NCBI GenBank assembly: GCA_951406725.2
Contig: OX597814.1
Location: forward strand, 224,192,001-224,256,000
Reading direction: 5' to 3'
DNA length: 64,000 nt
Origin: Octopus vulgaris
Lineage: Eukaryota
Shown here: positions 12,565-25,572 of the stretch, one piece after another
Layout: each line of letters begins with the position of its first letter
Position numbering within the stretch: the first letter of the stretch is position 1
The notes under the pieces: model-generated
The model's input: the letters and a program-made list of their open reading frames with translations, nothing else
The model's database searches: none
What the model was told of the DNA's origin: nothing
Program-made: the position numbers and the translations under genes

Positions 12565-13039
12565 GATATTAAACCTAACGTTGTGTGTATAGCGTTTAAC
12601 TTAGTTTATGTTATAAGGAAAAACAGGAGCATTGTAAAGTATCCATTTTTATTTTCGTCATACGGATAAGCGGGCCTTATAGATGTTAGTTAGTCAAAGG
12701 AGGAAGAAATATGAAAAAGGAGAAGGAAACGAAAGAGTTGCGGTGATTACCACAATTACAAGCCCTCCTAGACCGATGAAATCAATACGATTGGTGTTTA
12801 ATATGAATATTATTCGACATCAATAGTAATATATATATATATATATACTAAGTAATTAAGGGTTTAGCAACGAATTGCCTCACCAACACACCGAATTTAG
12901 AAATAGCAGTCAAAGAGATATAGCTATTCCTTCTACTAAAAGGGGGATCTCAGTAAAAACACAGCACTTGAAAGGCAAACACAGACAGGTAAGAAAGAAA
13001 GAATGAAATGACGGCAATCTATCATGCAATTTTAAGTTA

Positions 13040-13131
13040 CCTACGGACGTACGTTTCGAGATCAAGTTTTAGGATAGCATAAGAATTAGAAAATTCTACT
13101 TTACCCAAACTTCTTCTCTCATCGGCGCAGG
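13040..13131 (-). ncRNA. Type I hammerhead motif (U4->C variant core)
   Basis: Minus strand: CCTGCG-CCGATGA-GAGA...TCTC-GAAAC-GTAC-GTC^CGTAGG; 6-bp stem I, palindromic ACGTACGT stem III. Confidence 0.7.
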
Positions 13132-13409
13132 ATACCACAATTATGAATAATTGTATATTAAATTTTGAGATACTAGAATGCATCATCTCAACTCAGTGTC
13201 AGAGCGAGCCAAAGCATGACCAGTACCACGAAATTCAAAGTTTGAATGAAAGTTTGTGTCACCAGCCCCCTTCCACCCGCGTGTAGCCAAGACAAAATGC
13301 TGCGGTCATTTACTGGGATAAAATATGGTTATCAGTAATAATAAAGGGTGAAATTAATTAATTAATAATATATATTATTAATAATTAATTAATAATATAT
13401 ATAAATTAA

Positions 13410-13472
<63 letters not shown>

Positions 13473-13514
13473 GAAAGAATGGAGTCGAACGAAGATGTTA
13501 ACAAAATTCCTTTA

Positions 13515-13596
13515 CTCCCGACATATGTTTCGAAGACAACATGGTTTCATTCCAAAGGAATAAAGGGTGCATTATGCAATCTTCTCATCAGGAAAG
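13515..13596 (-). ncRNA. Type I hammerhead ribozyme, intact core
   Basis: Minus strand: CTTTC-CTGATGA-GAAGA...TCTTC-GAAAC-ATAT-GTC^GGGAG; palindromic ACATATGT stem III. Confidence 0.8.
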
Positions 13597-13903
13597 AAAG
13601 GGACCCTCTCTCGACAACAAGACACAGAAATTTCGATGACTGCCTACATGGTAAACAAAACGATAATGAGTGTTTTTTAAAAAAAAACATAAGGAGAATT
13701 GACGTCAAAGATAGATAGTAGGAAGAGAAGGGTTAAAGGAATAATAGGTAGGGAACAAGTGGAGAGGGAAGGGTACGTTGATTGAAAGAATGTTCGAAGG
13801 CTTAGGAAAGAATTTCACTATTGAAGTGGAGTGCACGTTAAGCTAATTGTTCAAACCACAGTGACTATCGTTATCATTTATATTAGTAGAAAGTATGTTT
13901 CTG

Positions 13904-14250
13904 TCAGTGTTTACATTTGTATGATTTTTCTATGAGTGTGTTTACAGGGGAAACCTTAGAGAAGAAAATATGGAAGAGTTCAGAGTTGCAAATGTTACAA
14001 AATCTCCTGCCCATATCAAAAGGAAAGGATACAGACAGTATGAACCAATCTAACTTGAAAATTATATTGTCTTTAAGACGCCAAACTAATTTACTTAGCC
14101 CTGTGCTATGTCGTTTTTTACTATCTCTGAATGTTGAGTAGTGGTTTGAAATTCTCTTGGATAACTGGGAAGTGGACGCTCCTATATAGAAGAAGACATC
14201 GGTACCGGAAGAAATTCTACACTGGTAAATAGAATTCTTAATCTTAGAAT
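13904..14250 (-). pseudogene. PLE GIY-YIG endonuclease domain
   Basis: SIYQCRI...YIGAST..LSKRISNH..TF...STGLSKLVWRLKD...WFIL...CNICNSE..HI...N..IE..YKCKH: full GIY-YIG motif set with C-terminal Cys/His residues. Confidence 0.9.
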
Positions 14251-14593
14251 TACTAGACAAAAATTTAATTCTGTTGAGGTTGTCCTCCGAGATCGAAAAA
14301 GGGTTCAAATACCGGGTAAGTCTTCTTTGCCGTCCATCCTTTGGATTTCGATAAAATTAGTACCAATCCATTTGTGGTGGATTGACTGAAATATTTGTTA
14401 GAGAGTCGGACAAGATATCTTCCGCTCTCTGTCGCAGCCCTTTGCTTTCTGGCTATAACAGCTGCGATGACACTGGCATTAAATAACATTTGTGCGACGG
14501 AGAGAAGAGGAGAGATTCGCATTCGTGGGCGACTGGCAGTCCTCTATCAACAGACCACTTCCAGACCTTCGCAGGCAAATGTACATATAATAT

Positions 14594-14725
14594 TTTCTAC
14601 TCTAGGTACAAGACCCTAAATTATTTTGGGGTGGGGGAGCCATTTGATTAGATTGACTCCAGTACGCAACTGGTACTTAATTTATTGACCCCGAAAGGAT
14701 GAAATGCAAAGTCGACCTCAGCGGA
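14594..14725 (-). mobile_element. SINE family A, 5'-truncated, third tail type (...CCTAGAGTAGAA)
   Basis: Core GACTTTGCATTTCATCCTTTCGGGGTC in reverse; tail shared with 61675. Confidence 0.75.
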
Positions 14726-14992
14726 GCAAATGTAGATATAATGTCGAGTCAGGCCGATGGAATTCCCTCCCAACCCACAAGAAGAGGCTCGAAAAAGAAA
14801 GAAAATTAAAAAAATACACTTGTGTGATAATGATCGTAGTATATCGAACAAAGGAATTTTTGCTAAGAAATTGGATTTACTAGGTTTTGACTAGGTTTAT
14901 ATACGTAGAAGCAGCAGTAGCAGTTGTACAGTGTAAGATATATGAGTAATACTCTAATGTAGGTCGCATTTTGTTTCGGTTTAAATTTTCCT

Positions 14993-15136
14993 ACGACGAC
15001 AACCACTACCACCACCGCCACCACCACCACCACCACCACCACCACCACCACGTCGGCCACCACCACCATTGACATCATGATCGCCAGTACTACTACCAGC
15101 GCAAGTCCTGTACCCTGCCATCCCACCACCACCACC

Positions 15137-15220
<84 letters not shown>
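14993..15220. repeat. Compound (CCA)n/(CTA)n repeat
   Basis: Direct reading. Confidence 0.9.
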
Positions 15221-15222
<2 letters not shown>

Positions 15223-15832
15223 GTTCCTTGACCAATGTCTGTTTTCTTTTTCATTTTCTTGTCCTTTCTTTCTTCTTTCTTATTTCCTTTTTTTAAAATT
15301 TTGACTTCCGACCTTTCACTTTTATTTCTATGTATTCATCCCCCCCCCACCTCTGATTAAGAACATCTGTGGTATATAACGTAAAATGACGTTGCCGTTA
15401 TGGCTACAACTGTTGTTGTTGTTGTTGCTGTTGCTGTTGCTGTTGAACATCCCTAAGCCAGCGCTCTGATTGGACAGTCTTATGATCAAAAGACGCTCCA
15501 GTCATGTCTCTCTCACATTTATTATTATTTAAAAAAATTTCAAACTCCACAAGTTTGATTCGAAAGTGGTTCGAAAGAAAGTGTTGAAGGTTGCTATTTC
15601 TAGCATCCTCATTGGCTCTTGTGAAATGGCATGGAAAGGGTGTAACGTTATGTAGTGTGGCGAGGGGAGCATGCTGAGGAATGGTGAACTGAATCTAAAG
15701 TCATTATATACATTATTTTTTAATTATTAGTTATTTCGTTTGCCTTCCTGCAGTCGTGACCCGGCCAATCCCATTCTGTCAGACACAACCTCTACAATTT
15801 ATTTTATCTGTTAACTTTATTTCATTCATTAG

Positions 15833-15940
15833 TGATGATGAGATAACGGCGATGACGATGATGATGACGACGACGACGATGATGATGATGATGCTGACGA
15901 CGACGACGACGACTACAATGATGATGAGGATGATGACGAT
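15833..15940. repeat. (GAT/GAC)n trinucleotide repeat
   Basis: Direct reading. Confidence 0.9.
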
Positions 15941-16179
15941 CGGGAAGTCGACGGGGTCAGCGGTGTCGGCGTCGGTGATGAATGGACTAATTTCTCATTA
16001 AGTGTTAATTTGAAGTGTTAAGTTACAGTCATTGGCGATGCTTGAATTCTTGGCAGTAGCCGCCGCCGCCGCAGCAGCATCAGTATTAGCTGTAATAGTA
16101 AATTCTGATACAGGCTGCATCACTCTATCTTTGTACACGAACTCCCTCTTATTTAACTTTTTAAAGTATGAAGATCCGA

Positions 16180-17275
16180 AAAAGCATAACCTCGAGTTAA
16201 AAATAGGATTTTCATTCCATGTCAAAGACCAGCCGTCAATTACAAACCACAAATGAGTGTGAAACAGATTTGAGCTATTCTTTGGCACATCGTCATTAAA
16301 TGTGCATTATCAGCCTAGGACAAAAAACAAAACAAACAACAAGAAAAAACAAAGGCAACAAAAAAGTATCGACTTTAAAACAAGCATCAAACATTATGAC
16401 CTCGAGTTGAAAATAGTTTTCTCTCACGTCAAAGACGAGCCGTCATTAAAAAAAAAGCTACAAATGAGAGTGGTACAGATTCCTGCTATTCTTTTACACA
16501 TCATCATCAAATGTGCATTAGCAGTTTAAGAAAAGGAGAGGGCGGCATTATAAGGGAAATATAAACATTATGATCTCGAGTTGAAATAATATTTTTCTCT
16601 CACGTCGAAGACTTGCTGTCATTTAAAAAAAAAAAACCTACAAGTGAGTGTGGAACAGATTCTAACTATTCTTTGGCTCATCATCTTAGAATATACATTA
16701 GCAGCTTAAAAGAAAAAGAAGAACGGCATTATAAGGGAAATCTGTATATATAAAAGTGAAGTTGTGTGAGTGTCTGTCTCCTACGATTTAGATTCCTAAC
16801 TACTCCCGCATTTTGCGGTGCAGTTTAACCAAAACCGGGTATCTTATAGTCGTGATTCATATCGAGCCCTTCTGGGTATTAGCGCGCGTCTACGATGAGT
16901 CTACGATTTAAAAAAAAAAAATTACCATCAATTTTTCCCATTTTTAATGCATTTTTGGCATATATAAGGGAAGTAACTCTCTAAAAATTTATTAAATCTC
17001 AGAACGTAAAAAGCTACAGTAACCCCCACTTTGTGGTTAGCCATATTGAGATGGCTATTATACTTTACATCTCTAAAAATGCTTATATAGTTATTTCCCT
17101 TACAAACCCGAGCAACGCCGGGCGATACTGCTAGTATAATACAAATATCAAGCATTATGATCTCGAGTTGCCGTCAAAGAGTAGCCGTCATTGAACAAAC
17201 TACAAATGAGTATGGAACAGATTCCAACTGTTCTTTGGCACATCATCTTCAAATATACATCAGAAGTTTAAGAAG
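16180..17275. repeat. Four diverged ~170-200-bp tandem repeat units, interrupted by a Helitron
   Basis: CAT.A..A.CTCGAGTT...CGTC.AAGAC...GTCA...ACAA.TGAG..TGG.ACAGAT recurs at ~16185, 16392, 16565, 17153. Confidence 0.85.
16741..17134 (+). mobile_element. Non-autonomous Helitron
   Basis: A|TCTGTATATATAAAAG...CCCGAGCAACGCCGGG(17107-17122)...CTAG|T; no TSD. Confidence 0.9.
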
Positions 17276-17277
17276 AA

Positions 17278-18005
17278 AGCGGCCAACTGGCAGAAACGTT
17301 TGCACGCCGGGCGAAATGTTTAGCGGTATTTCGTCTGCCGTTACGTTCTGAGTTCAAATTCCACCGAGATCGACTTTGCCTTTCATCCTTTCGGGGTCGA
17401 TAGATTAAGTACCAGTTACGCACTGGATACCATAAGGAAAATATAAGTGCAAAGCATGATGTGTGGCCAAAGACACACTGCTTCGAATTCACTAAACCCA
17501 AATGTTTGAGACACTGCCAGAATCGTTAAGTATGTCGAGCGAAATGCTTAGCGGCATTTCTCTCGTCTTTTCACGTTCTAAGTTCAAATTCCGTCCAGGT
17601 CGACTCTGCCTTTCATACTTTGGGGTCGATAACATAAGTACCAGTTGATCACTGGGACTTAGCTCCTCACTCGAAACTGCTAACGTAGTGCCAAAATTTG
17701 AAACCAGTATTTCAAATATGGTTGAAGGCGGCGAGCTGGCTGAATGCTTAGCGGTATTTCGTTCGTCTTCACGATCTGAGTTCAGATTTTGCCGAGGTTG
17801 ACTTTACCTTTCATCTCTTCGGCCTCGATAAAATATTTCAAATATGGTTGAAGGCAGCGGGATGGCAGAGTGCCTAACGCCATTTTGTTCGTCTTCACGA
17901 ACTGAGTTCAAATTTCGCCGGAGTCGACTCTGCCTTTCATTCTTTCGGCTTCGATAAAATAAGTGCCAGTTGATGGCCTTGTACCAAAATTTGAAACTAA
18001 TATTT
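17278..18005 (+). mobile_element. Tandem array of four SINE family A copies
   Basis: Heads at ~17278, 17515, 17726, 17852; spacer TATTTCAAATATGGTTGAAGGC repeated. Confidence 0.85.
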
Positions 18006-18554
18006 CAAATATGATAAACATCCACTGGAGGATTTTTAGCTGGATAAAGTAATGAAATACTCGTCAAATTTTAAATGCTGCCACGAATTACAGCAGTTGA
18101 CCATTCCATTTTTTGACGCATATTATTAACGAATTGGGCGGAATCTCTGATAGTTAAGTGTAGAAGCAGCAGATATCAAACAACGGAGGACTATTTGGCT
18201 GGTAGTTCAGCATCCAAATGGAGATTCAATTAGTTTGTAGAAGTCCTAATTTTTTAAAAGATGTTATCGGTAGAAAACAGATTAATTGGTTTTAGCCGAA
18301 AATTTATTCCACGTGTTCCAAATAGCTTTCGTATCAGAAACAAGAGATCTCAGTATATAAATATATATTTGTGTGTGTGTGTGTGTGTGTGTGTGTATTG
18401 GGTGTGGCTGTGTGGTATGAAGTTGAATCTTTGTGGTTTTCGTCACTGTTTGCAATTTTGTTCCATTTGTTTTCAAATTTGGTATATGGATTAAGTTTTA
18501 TATGCTAATTATTATGAAAATGAAATTCATTTTTTCCTATAAATCCATAATTAA

Positions 18555-19060
18555 AAAGTTAGTAGCCTTTAAAATTTGCAGAATTTGGGTGTTTTAGCCA
18601 GTCAGAAGCAAGTATTTTACACTTTACCGTGGCGAAAAGCTCTGTTTCCATAGTAACCAAAAATGTTGCGCATGCGCACAAGGAAGAGAAAAAGATACGA
18701 GAAAGATAGTCTTCTACTATAATAATATTCTTTTGTTTTTCTCCGTCACAACATATGAAAGAGAAAGGAAGGGGTGATAGATAAATAAGGAAGGAAGGGG
18801 TGATGTCAACCTGGTAGTGGAGGCGTTTCAATTCTGTGTGTATGTAAAAGGGAAGTATATGAATGTTTGTATGTGTGAAAGCTTTTAAATATTTAATTTG
18901 CTTGCGAATGCTTTAATGTTAACTTCATTCCCGTTATTTCAAGTAATGTTTTGACATGTCAGTGCCCCCGCCTCTCCGATGATGGAAGCGGCAGCGAACG
19001 CGCTGTTTTCTGATTGGCTGAAAATTCCGAAAATTATCAAATTTTGAACACCTGTAACAT
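18555..19060. mobile_element. Old palindromic MITE-like remnant
   Basis: 18560-18610 is an imperfect inverted copy of 19005-19058 (AGCCAATCAG motif); similar sequence at 28220-28270. Confidence 0.35.
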
Positions 19061-19315
19061 TTTTGCAAAATTTTTCAGGAATAAACGAATACCAAATTCG
19101 GATTCAGCATCAACAATTACATCTATTTGATACATTAGAAAAATTTTTTTAAAGATAATTGTAAACAGTGGTGAAAAACACAAAGATCCATGAAGTTTGC
19201 TTCTCAATCATCTGGTCCCGGATTTAGTCCCACTATAACCTCGGGTCGACTAAAGCCCGTAAGTGGATTTGGTGAACGTAAATTGAAAGAGCTCCGTCAT
19301 ATATATATATATATA

Positions 19316-19527
19316 AAGGAAAGAAAAAAATAATAATAAAGCAGAATGCTAAACTGAAGGCAAATTTTAATATAAATGGGTGTAAGAAAAATTAAAAAAC
19401 GAAATCAAACCACCTTTCATTTCAGAAAACCGGTTTGATTTCCTTTTTTAATTTTTCTTATAACCATTTATATTAAAATTTGCCTTCAGTTTAGCATTCT
19501 GCTTTATTATTATTTTTTTCTTTTCCT
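19316..19527. repeat. ~95-bp-arm near-perfect inverted repeat between (TA)n tracts
   Basis: 19316-19411 is the reverse complement of 19432-19527 with few mismatches. Confidence 0.9.
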
Positions 19528-19571
19528 ATCATTTCTCCACGTGTGGTTAACACAACCCCACCAGTTACTGA

Positions 19572-19623
<52 letters not shown>

Positions 19624-20864
19624 TATAAGTATGAAATATATTACTACTTCGACAGAGCATCTAACTGCAACAAATTGACTGTGGAGGTGGTACAAGTGCA
19701 AGTGTGGGTAGTAAATGAATCAAGTAAGCGATCATGTTCGGGCGAGAATATCTGATCTTAATATTATAAGTGTCGAAAAGATTGTTGCAATTATATGTCA
19801 CTGATAAATACTGCAACCAAGTCATATAATCTATTAAATCCGTTTACCTTTTTCTTCATGTTTCTATCTTGGCATAATATCGTTCTCTATACACACTAGT
19901 TTCTCGCTGAAGACACTTTTATCTTGTACTTCGTTTAAATGGGTGTTATCTTGTTAATGCTGATCCTGTTGAAGGGTAGATAGGTAGATTATTATTCCTA
20001 ATTATGGTGGAGAGGTAGTTGTAATTTATGTGAGTGCGTTTAGAGGAAAACCTATCTTTCCAAAGAAATCTTATACCTAGCACCTTTAACATCCCATGTC
20101 GGATTAGGAAAGAAAAGATGTGATTTACTTAGATCGCTTCTCCAGTCCCTTAGAAAATATGGGGACGAAGAGGAAAGAAGTAAATGGGATTTACATTAAA
20201 AAAGTCTATATCGCTTTTCCAGTATTTCAGCAAACATGAGGACGAAGAATTTGAACGCTTTCCAGTATCATGGAGGATCGTCGATAAAGCTACTCCAAAT
20301 GAAACAGCAGACATTTTATCTGACTGAAAAGGTCCAATTACTAAAGTATCTTGGAGAAAGAACTTGCTGACTTATCCTCACCGATGCTATACCGTTGCAA
20401 AGTTGATACATTAGTTTATTTATAAAATATTTCGCCCGTATGAGCTTTTGTACTCGGCTATAAGTGTTTGAATCATTAACATCATTAACAGATTTATAGT
20501 AAATATGTACATTATACAATACAGGCCGAGTATATTTGTTTTTCTTTTTTTATAAACATGTACACATATACGCACACACACATATATATATATAACGGTG
20601 CCCCAGCGTGTAAAAGAATAAAATATACTCACACAAAAGCAGACACATACTCACTCACTCACACACACATATAATTTATATATTCATGAATGAAATCAGC
20701 GGAGAACTGACAAAGAATCGCATAACATCCAAAACCGTCAAGACTTCTGTTCCAAAACACGAATTTAGATCGTATACATTGTATTAAACACACAAAAGCA
20801 ATGGAGACATATTAGAAGCTAGCGCGCGAATGGCTGTGTGCTCATGTCTGTGTGTGAAGTTCTT

Positions 20865-20988
<124 letters not shown>

Positions 20989-21750
20989 CATATATGAGCG
21001 CAGGTGCGGTTGACAGTTTATGATGTGCTTCGAAATCTTGAATTTACGGATTTGAAACCATTGTGAGGCACCGGGGGTGTCCGTTGGGTAGACTGTGCCT
21101 GAAATATAAAAAAAAAGAGTCGGCTTTGTCAAGTAGATTATGATGATAAAATTAAGAGTACAAGTCCCTGTAAAATTACTAAGCCACCTTACATTATAGT
21201 ACAATGAATGGGAAGTTCAGCTGTTCGAACAACTGGAATGCTCTCAATTGAAACTGACGCGAGAATTACCACTCATTTCATTCGTACGTCTGTATGTATG
21301 AATGAGAAACGAAACCAGTTATCCGTTTATTAATACACTAATAGACACATACAGCCACGCAGCGCCGATTAGAGAAGGTGTCACCCATGATATTTTATTA
21401 GGGAATCCGTCGCAATAAAAAGAAACAAAACTACCGAATTACACAATACCGTATTTCAAGTGGTCGGCATGATTATGCGCGCGCGCGCGTGTTTACAAAT
21501 GTGTTATCTAATACACATCAATGAATTTGCTTTCCTCATTCAGTGAGTTTTATGATTGGGTCTTCATGCCGATACATTTATATAGATACATATATTGTCA
21601 AGCTGTCAACCTCACCATGGGGACTTTGCTACTCTAGCAAAAACACACAAAAACCTTCTTGCACTTTGAATTACTTCTTAGGGCAAGCATATTGCTAGAT
21701 ACCAGCTGCTAATCTCATTTATACAGACAATAACAATGGATTTGTATACA

Positions 21751-22389
21751 CGGATCTTTACCTTTTGACCTACAGATTTGAAAAATAATTATTTGTAACT
21801 AAATACTTTCAAACTTCGGACACTGGTAGAATGTGTCATATAAAACATGTTTTACTCTTAGCATTTCTGAGAAAAACTTATATTACGAAGTAATTTCACG
21901 TTAAAGTAGTCCTATTTCGGTAATTTCAACCAATCAATGACATGTATTCAGCTGAATAAAATTACTGCTGTTGTTTGTTAACAAGAACTTCCGGCGGTGC
22001 ATATTTCGTTTGTCTCTGTTGTTTATGACAACCCTAATCCTAAAACCCTAACCCTAAAACCGTAACCCTAACCCTAAAACTTTAAAACCAGTACAAACGC
22101 ACGAACGATATTATAAATAACAGTGACGAACGAAAAATACACCGCCGATAGTTGTTGTTGGCAAACAACGGCAGTAGTTTTATTCAGCTGAATACACGTC
22201 ATTGATTGGTTGAAATTACCAAAATACGAGAAATTTAACGTGAAATAACTTCGTAAATATAAGTTTTTCTCAAAAATGCTAAGAGTAAAAGATGTTTTAT
22301 ATGACACATTCTACCAGTGTCCGAAGTTTGAAAGCGTTTAGTTACAAAAAATCATATTTTAAATCTGTATGTCAAAAGGTAAAGATCCG
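21751..22389. mobile_element. Palindromic MITE (~280-bp arms) with central telomere-like (CCCTAA)n and 6-bp TSD
   Basis: TATACA|CGGATCTTTACCTTTTGAC...GTCAAAAGGTAAAGATCCG|TATACA; CCCTAA-like units at ~22031-22078. Confidence 0.9.
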
Positions 22390-23164
22390 TATACACTCTT
22401 AAGTAATCATCGATTAAGTCAGAAAGAGTATATTACTCCAGTAAGAAATGATTACCAAAACAAAATCATTCTTATCTCTTATAGTGATACGAATACGTTC
22501 ATTTCATTCACTTATTACAGCAAAGCGAAAATATTTTGCTATATGTCCACTTCAAGACATTTTCACATACCTGTTGACAACTGAGATGTGTGAATCAATA
22601 AGAAGGAAAGTTTGGAAATATATGAACCTCAAAAGATCGTTAAGACGAAGGTATATAATGGATTGTTATCAATCGTATTTTTACTGTTTTACTAGGGAGA
22701 GAAGAACAGCATTCGCGACCTTTTATATTTCTAGTGTTTCCGAGACTGATAGGAAGACAAAGAGAAGCAATCCTCAAACTGCAAACTAGGCTTGAGTGCT
22801 TGCCCCGGAGAAGATGCCGCTAAAGGCTCCCAACGTGTGAAGGTGCTTAACCAGGCAACGGATTGAGTCTACTACGAAGAACTGTGCTGAAACAAATACC
22901 GGTAGACATTTAGTCCGACGCACTAACAATTCTGCCAATCAGCCATCATAGACTGGTTCTTTATTTTCTCAACCTTGAGAGGATGAAATGCAAAGCTAAC
23001 ATGTTGCTAATTTTAAAATGGAGAAGAATAAGAAAAACCTAAATTTTCATTGTACTTTCGTCTATGACATTCCTATTTTCTCTCATGAACAACTTCCTCG
23101 AATACGTTTTCAGTCAGTATAAGCGCGGTATAATTGTGTTGTTGTTGTTATTATTATTATTAAA

Positions 23165-23830
23165 AGTGGTGAGCTTGGCAAAATCGTTAGCACGCTGGAC
23201 GAAATGCCTAGCGGTATTTCGCCTGCCGCTACCTTCTGAGTTCAATAAATTAAGTACCAGTGAAATTAAGTACCAGTTTTCTTTATTTAATTTTCCTAAT
23301 ATCTTGGCTCTTTACATTTACTTTGGTGTAAAATTAGAAATTTGAAAAAATCATGGGTTTTCATTGGATCTACTTCTATCAAATCTGTATTTTCTTTCAT
23401 ATTCAAATTAACGCACCCTAGAGAAAAGTTCCTCTAACATATTTGCCTTCTGTGTGATGTGGCATACTTCTAGAGCTAGCAGAATAGAGCGGGCATCCTT
23501 GTTTGTCCCCTCTATGTTTAGCCCCTTGTGGGCAATGAAGAAATAAGAATAGAGCAGGCAGAATCGCACGCCGGGCGAAATGCTTAGCAGCATTTCGAGC
23601 GTCCTTACGTTCTGAGTTCAAATATTGCCGGGGTTGACTTTACCGTTCTTCTTTTCGGGGTCGATAAATTAAGCACTAGTAAAACAATGGGGCCAATGCA
23701 GTCAACTTATCCCCTTCCCAGAAATGGCTACCCTGGTGGGAAAATTTGATGTCATTATTATCATTTATTATTAAAGGTGAAAGCTGGCAGAATCGTCAGT
23801 ATGCCGAGCAAAATGCTTAGCGGCATTTCC
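23165..23830 (+). mobile_element. Cluster of partial or rearranged SINE family A copies
   Basis: Heads at ~23165, 23475, 23553, 23780. Confidence 0.75.
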
Positions 23831-23841
23831 TTTTTCATTTA

Positions 23842-24233
23842 CTAGCAGCATCGCCCGGCATTGCTCGTGTTTCTTTCGACCCTTTAGAATTGGAATTTTT
23901 GAAAATTAAAAAATTTGCATTATGTAGCTTGTTATTCTCTTTAAATGAACATTTTTCTGGTTGAAATACACCGAAAAATGGCGACACAGCAGTAAAAAAA
24001 TCGTAAAAAATAGGGATTTTCATAGAAAAAAAGCACCTTTTTGATGTAAATAATTTTTGGTGTTAACATGGTTCGATTTGAATTTTATCTTCTACGGAAG
24101 GAAGAGCAAGCCTTCTTCTATCATACTCTCAATTTTGGTCAACTTGCGCCGCAGGGTCTCGGAGGAGATAGTGTTAATTGAAGGCTACCAAACCTACCAT
24201 ACACAGACAACTTCAGCTTTATATATATAAAGA
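23842..24233 (-). mobile_element. Non-autonomous Helitron with shared termini but a different interior
   Basis: + strand A|CTAGCAGCATCGCCCGGCATTGCTCG...ACAGACAACTTCAGCTTTATATATATAAAGA|T. Confidence 0.85.
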
Positions 24234-24929
24234 TTTTTTGTTTTCAGTCAGGAGAAAAGGCTGAACCCATCAGCGTTGTCTATGACTGGTAGAAGGCAGG
24301 CAAGAAGATTTTCCTCTGCCGGTGACCTAGGCTGAGTGCTTGTAACATGACGAACAGCAGCTCGTCCTGGTCATCAAAATCTGGCGTTGCCATCCTTTCT
24401 CCTGCATTTGAAGTCGCGTTAAACTGTGAATCATAGACACAGTAACGTTTTATTAAATAATTAATCTGCATTGCAAAATCTGAGATCACACCCTCCACTA
24501 CTATCATCATCATCATCATCATCATCACCGTCATCAGCATCAGCAGCAGCAGTATCACCATTGTGACCGTCACCATCACCGTAACCATCGTCGTCATGCC
24601 ATCGTTGTAGTCATCGCCATCATCACCACATTCCATAACTATGACACATTGCACCGAACGACCAAGCGACATTTCCTCACATTCACCGATGATACCTGAT
24701 AAATTATATACACTTTTTCTTTCCGTTTTATTCTCCTCTAACCATAATAATGATGACGGCTGGTGCGGCTGTTATTGACTTGACGACTAACGCAGCCACA
24801 CCTGTTCATTCATCTAAGGGTTGACTGCATTGTTCAGATTAAAATCAGATGTGCTTGAGCAGAGCTATGATCAAAAGACATTCAAGCGATGACAAACCCG
24901 AATGTTGTTTTCTTCCTGGTTAAGAAAGC

Positions 24930-25076
24930 AGGCGTGTCTCCGTGGTTCAGAAGCTGGCTTCCCAAACATGTGGTCTAGGGTTCAGTCCCATTTGGTTACA
25001 CCTTGGGCAAATGTCTTCTGTTATAGCTTCGGGACGACCAAAGCCTTCGAAAACGGTAACTAAAAGAAACCCGTCG
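24930..25076 (+). mobile_element. SINE family C head fragment
   Basis: GGTTCAGTCCCA..CACCTTGGGCAAATGTCTTCT..TATAGC..CGACCAAAGCCTT. Confidence 0.75.
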
Positions 25077-25106
25077 TGTCTATGCTTGCATATACATATA
25101 TACTAT

Positions 25107-25325
25107 TTTACTCTTTTACTTGTTTCAGTCATTTGACTGCGGCCATGCTGGAGCATCGCCTTTTTAATCGAGCAACTCGACCCTGGGACTTATTCTTTTG
25201 TAAGCCCAGTACTTATTCTATCGGTCTCTTTTGCCGAACCGCTAAGTAACGGGGACATAAACACACCAGCATCGGTTGTCAAGCAATGCTAGGGAGACAA
25301 ACACAGACACACAAACACACATACG

Positions 25326-25407
<82 letters not shown>

Positions 25408-25572
25408 TTCGACGGGCTTCTTTCAGTTTCCGTCTACCAAATCCACTCACAAGGCTTTGGTCGGCCCGAGGCTATAGCAGAAGACACTTGCCCAAGGTGC
25501 CATGTGGTGAGACTGAACCCGGAACCATGTGGTTGGTAAACAAGCTACTTACCACACAGCCACTCCTGCGCC
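25107..25572 (-). mobile_element. Full-length SINE family C with internal (TA)n
   Basis: Reverse head GGCGCAGGAGTGGCTGTGTGGTAAGTAGC, tail GACTGAAACAAGTAAAAGAGTAAAA. Confidence 0.9.

Larger units (their letters stand above)
13470..14860 (-). mobile_element. 5'-truncated Penelope-like element (Naiad-type GIY-YIG) with hammerhead-bearing 3' terminal region, ending in (TA)n
   Basis: GIY-YIG ORF plus downstream hammerhead on the same strand; interrupted by a family A SINE at 14594-14725. Confidence 0.8.

Noticed and set aside
13800-13906. TGA at the end of the GIY-YIG ORF as possible selenocysteine with a SECIS
   Set aside because: The TGA falls after CKH where Arg (CGA) is expected, and I see no convincing SECIS stem-loop downstream.
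16180-18005. Regularly spaced repeats resembling a CRISPR array
   Set aside because: Units are long, diverged and homologous throughout, with no unique spacers or cas genes; eukaryotic context.
19700-20560. Possible decayed PLE reverse transcriptase on the minus strand (VYKK..TN.LGLY)
   Set aside because: A single weak motif; cannot be supported without an alignment.
22031-22078. Telomere or chromosome end
   Set aside because: Only a few degenerate CCCTAA units, internal to a MITE.
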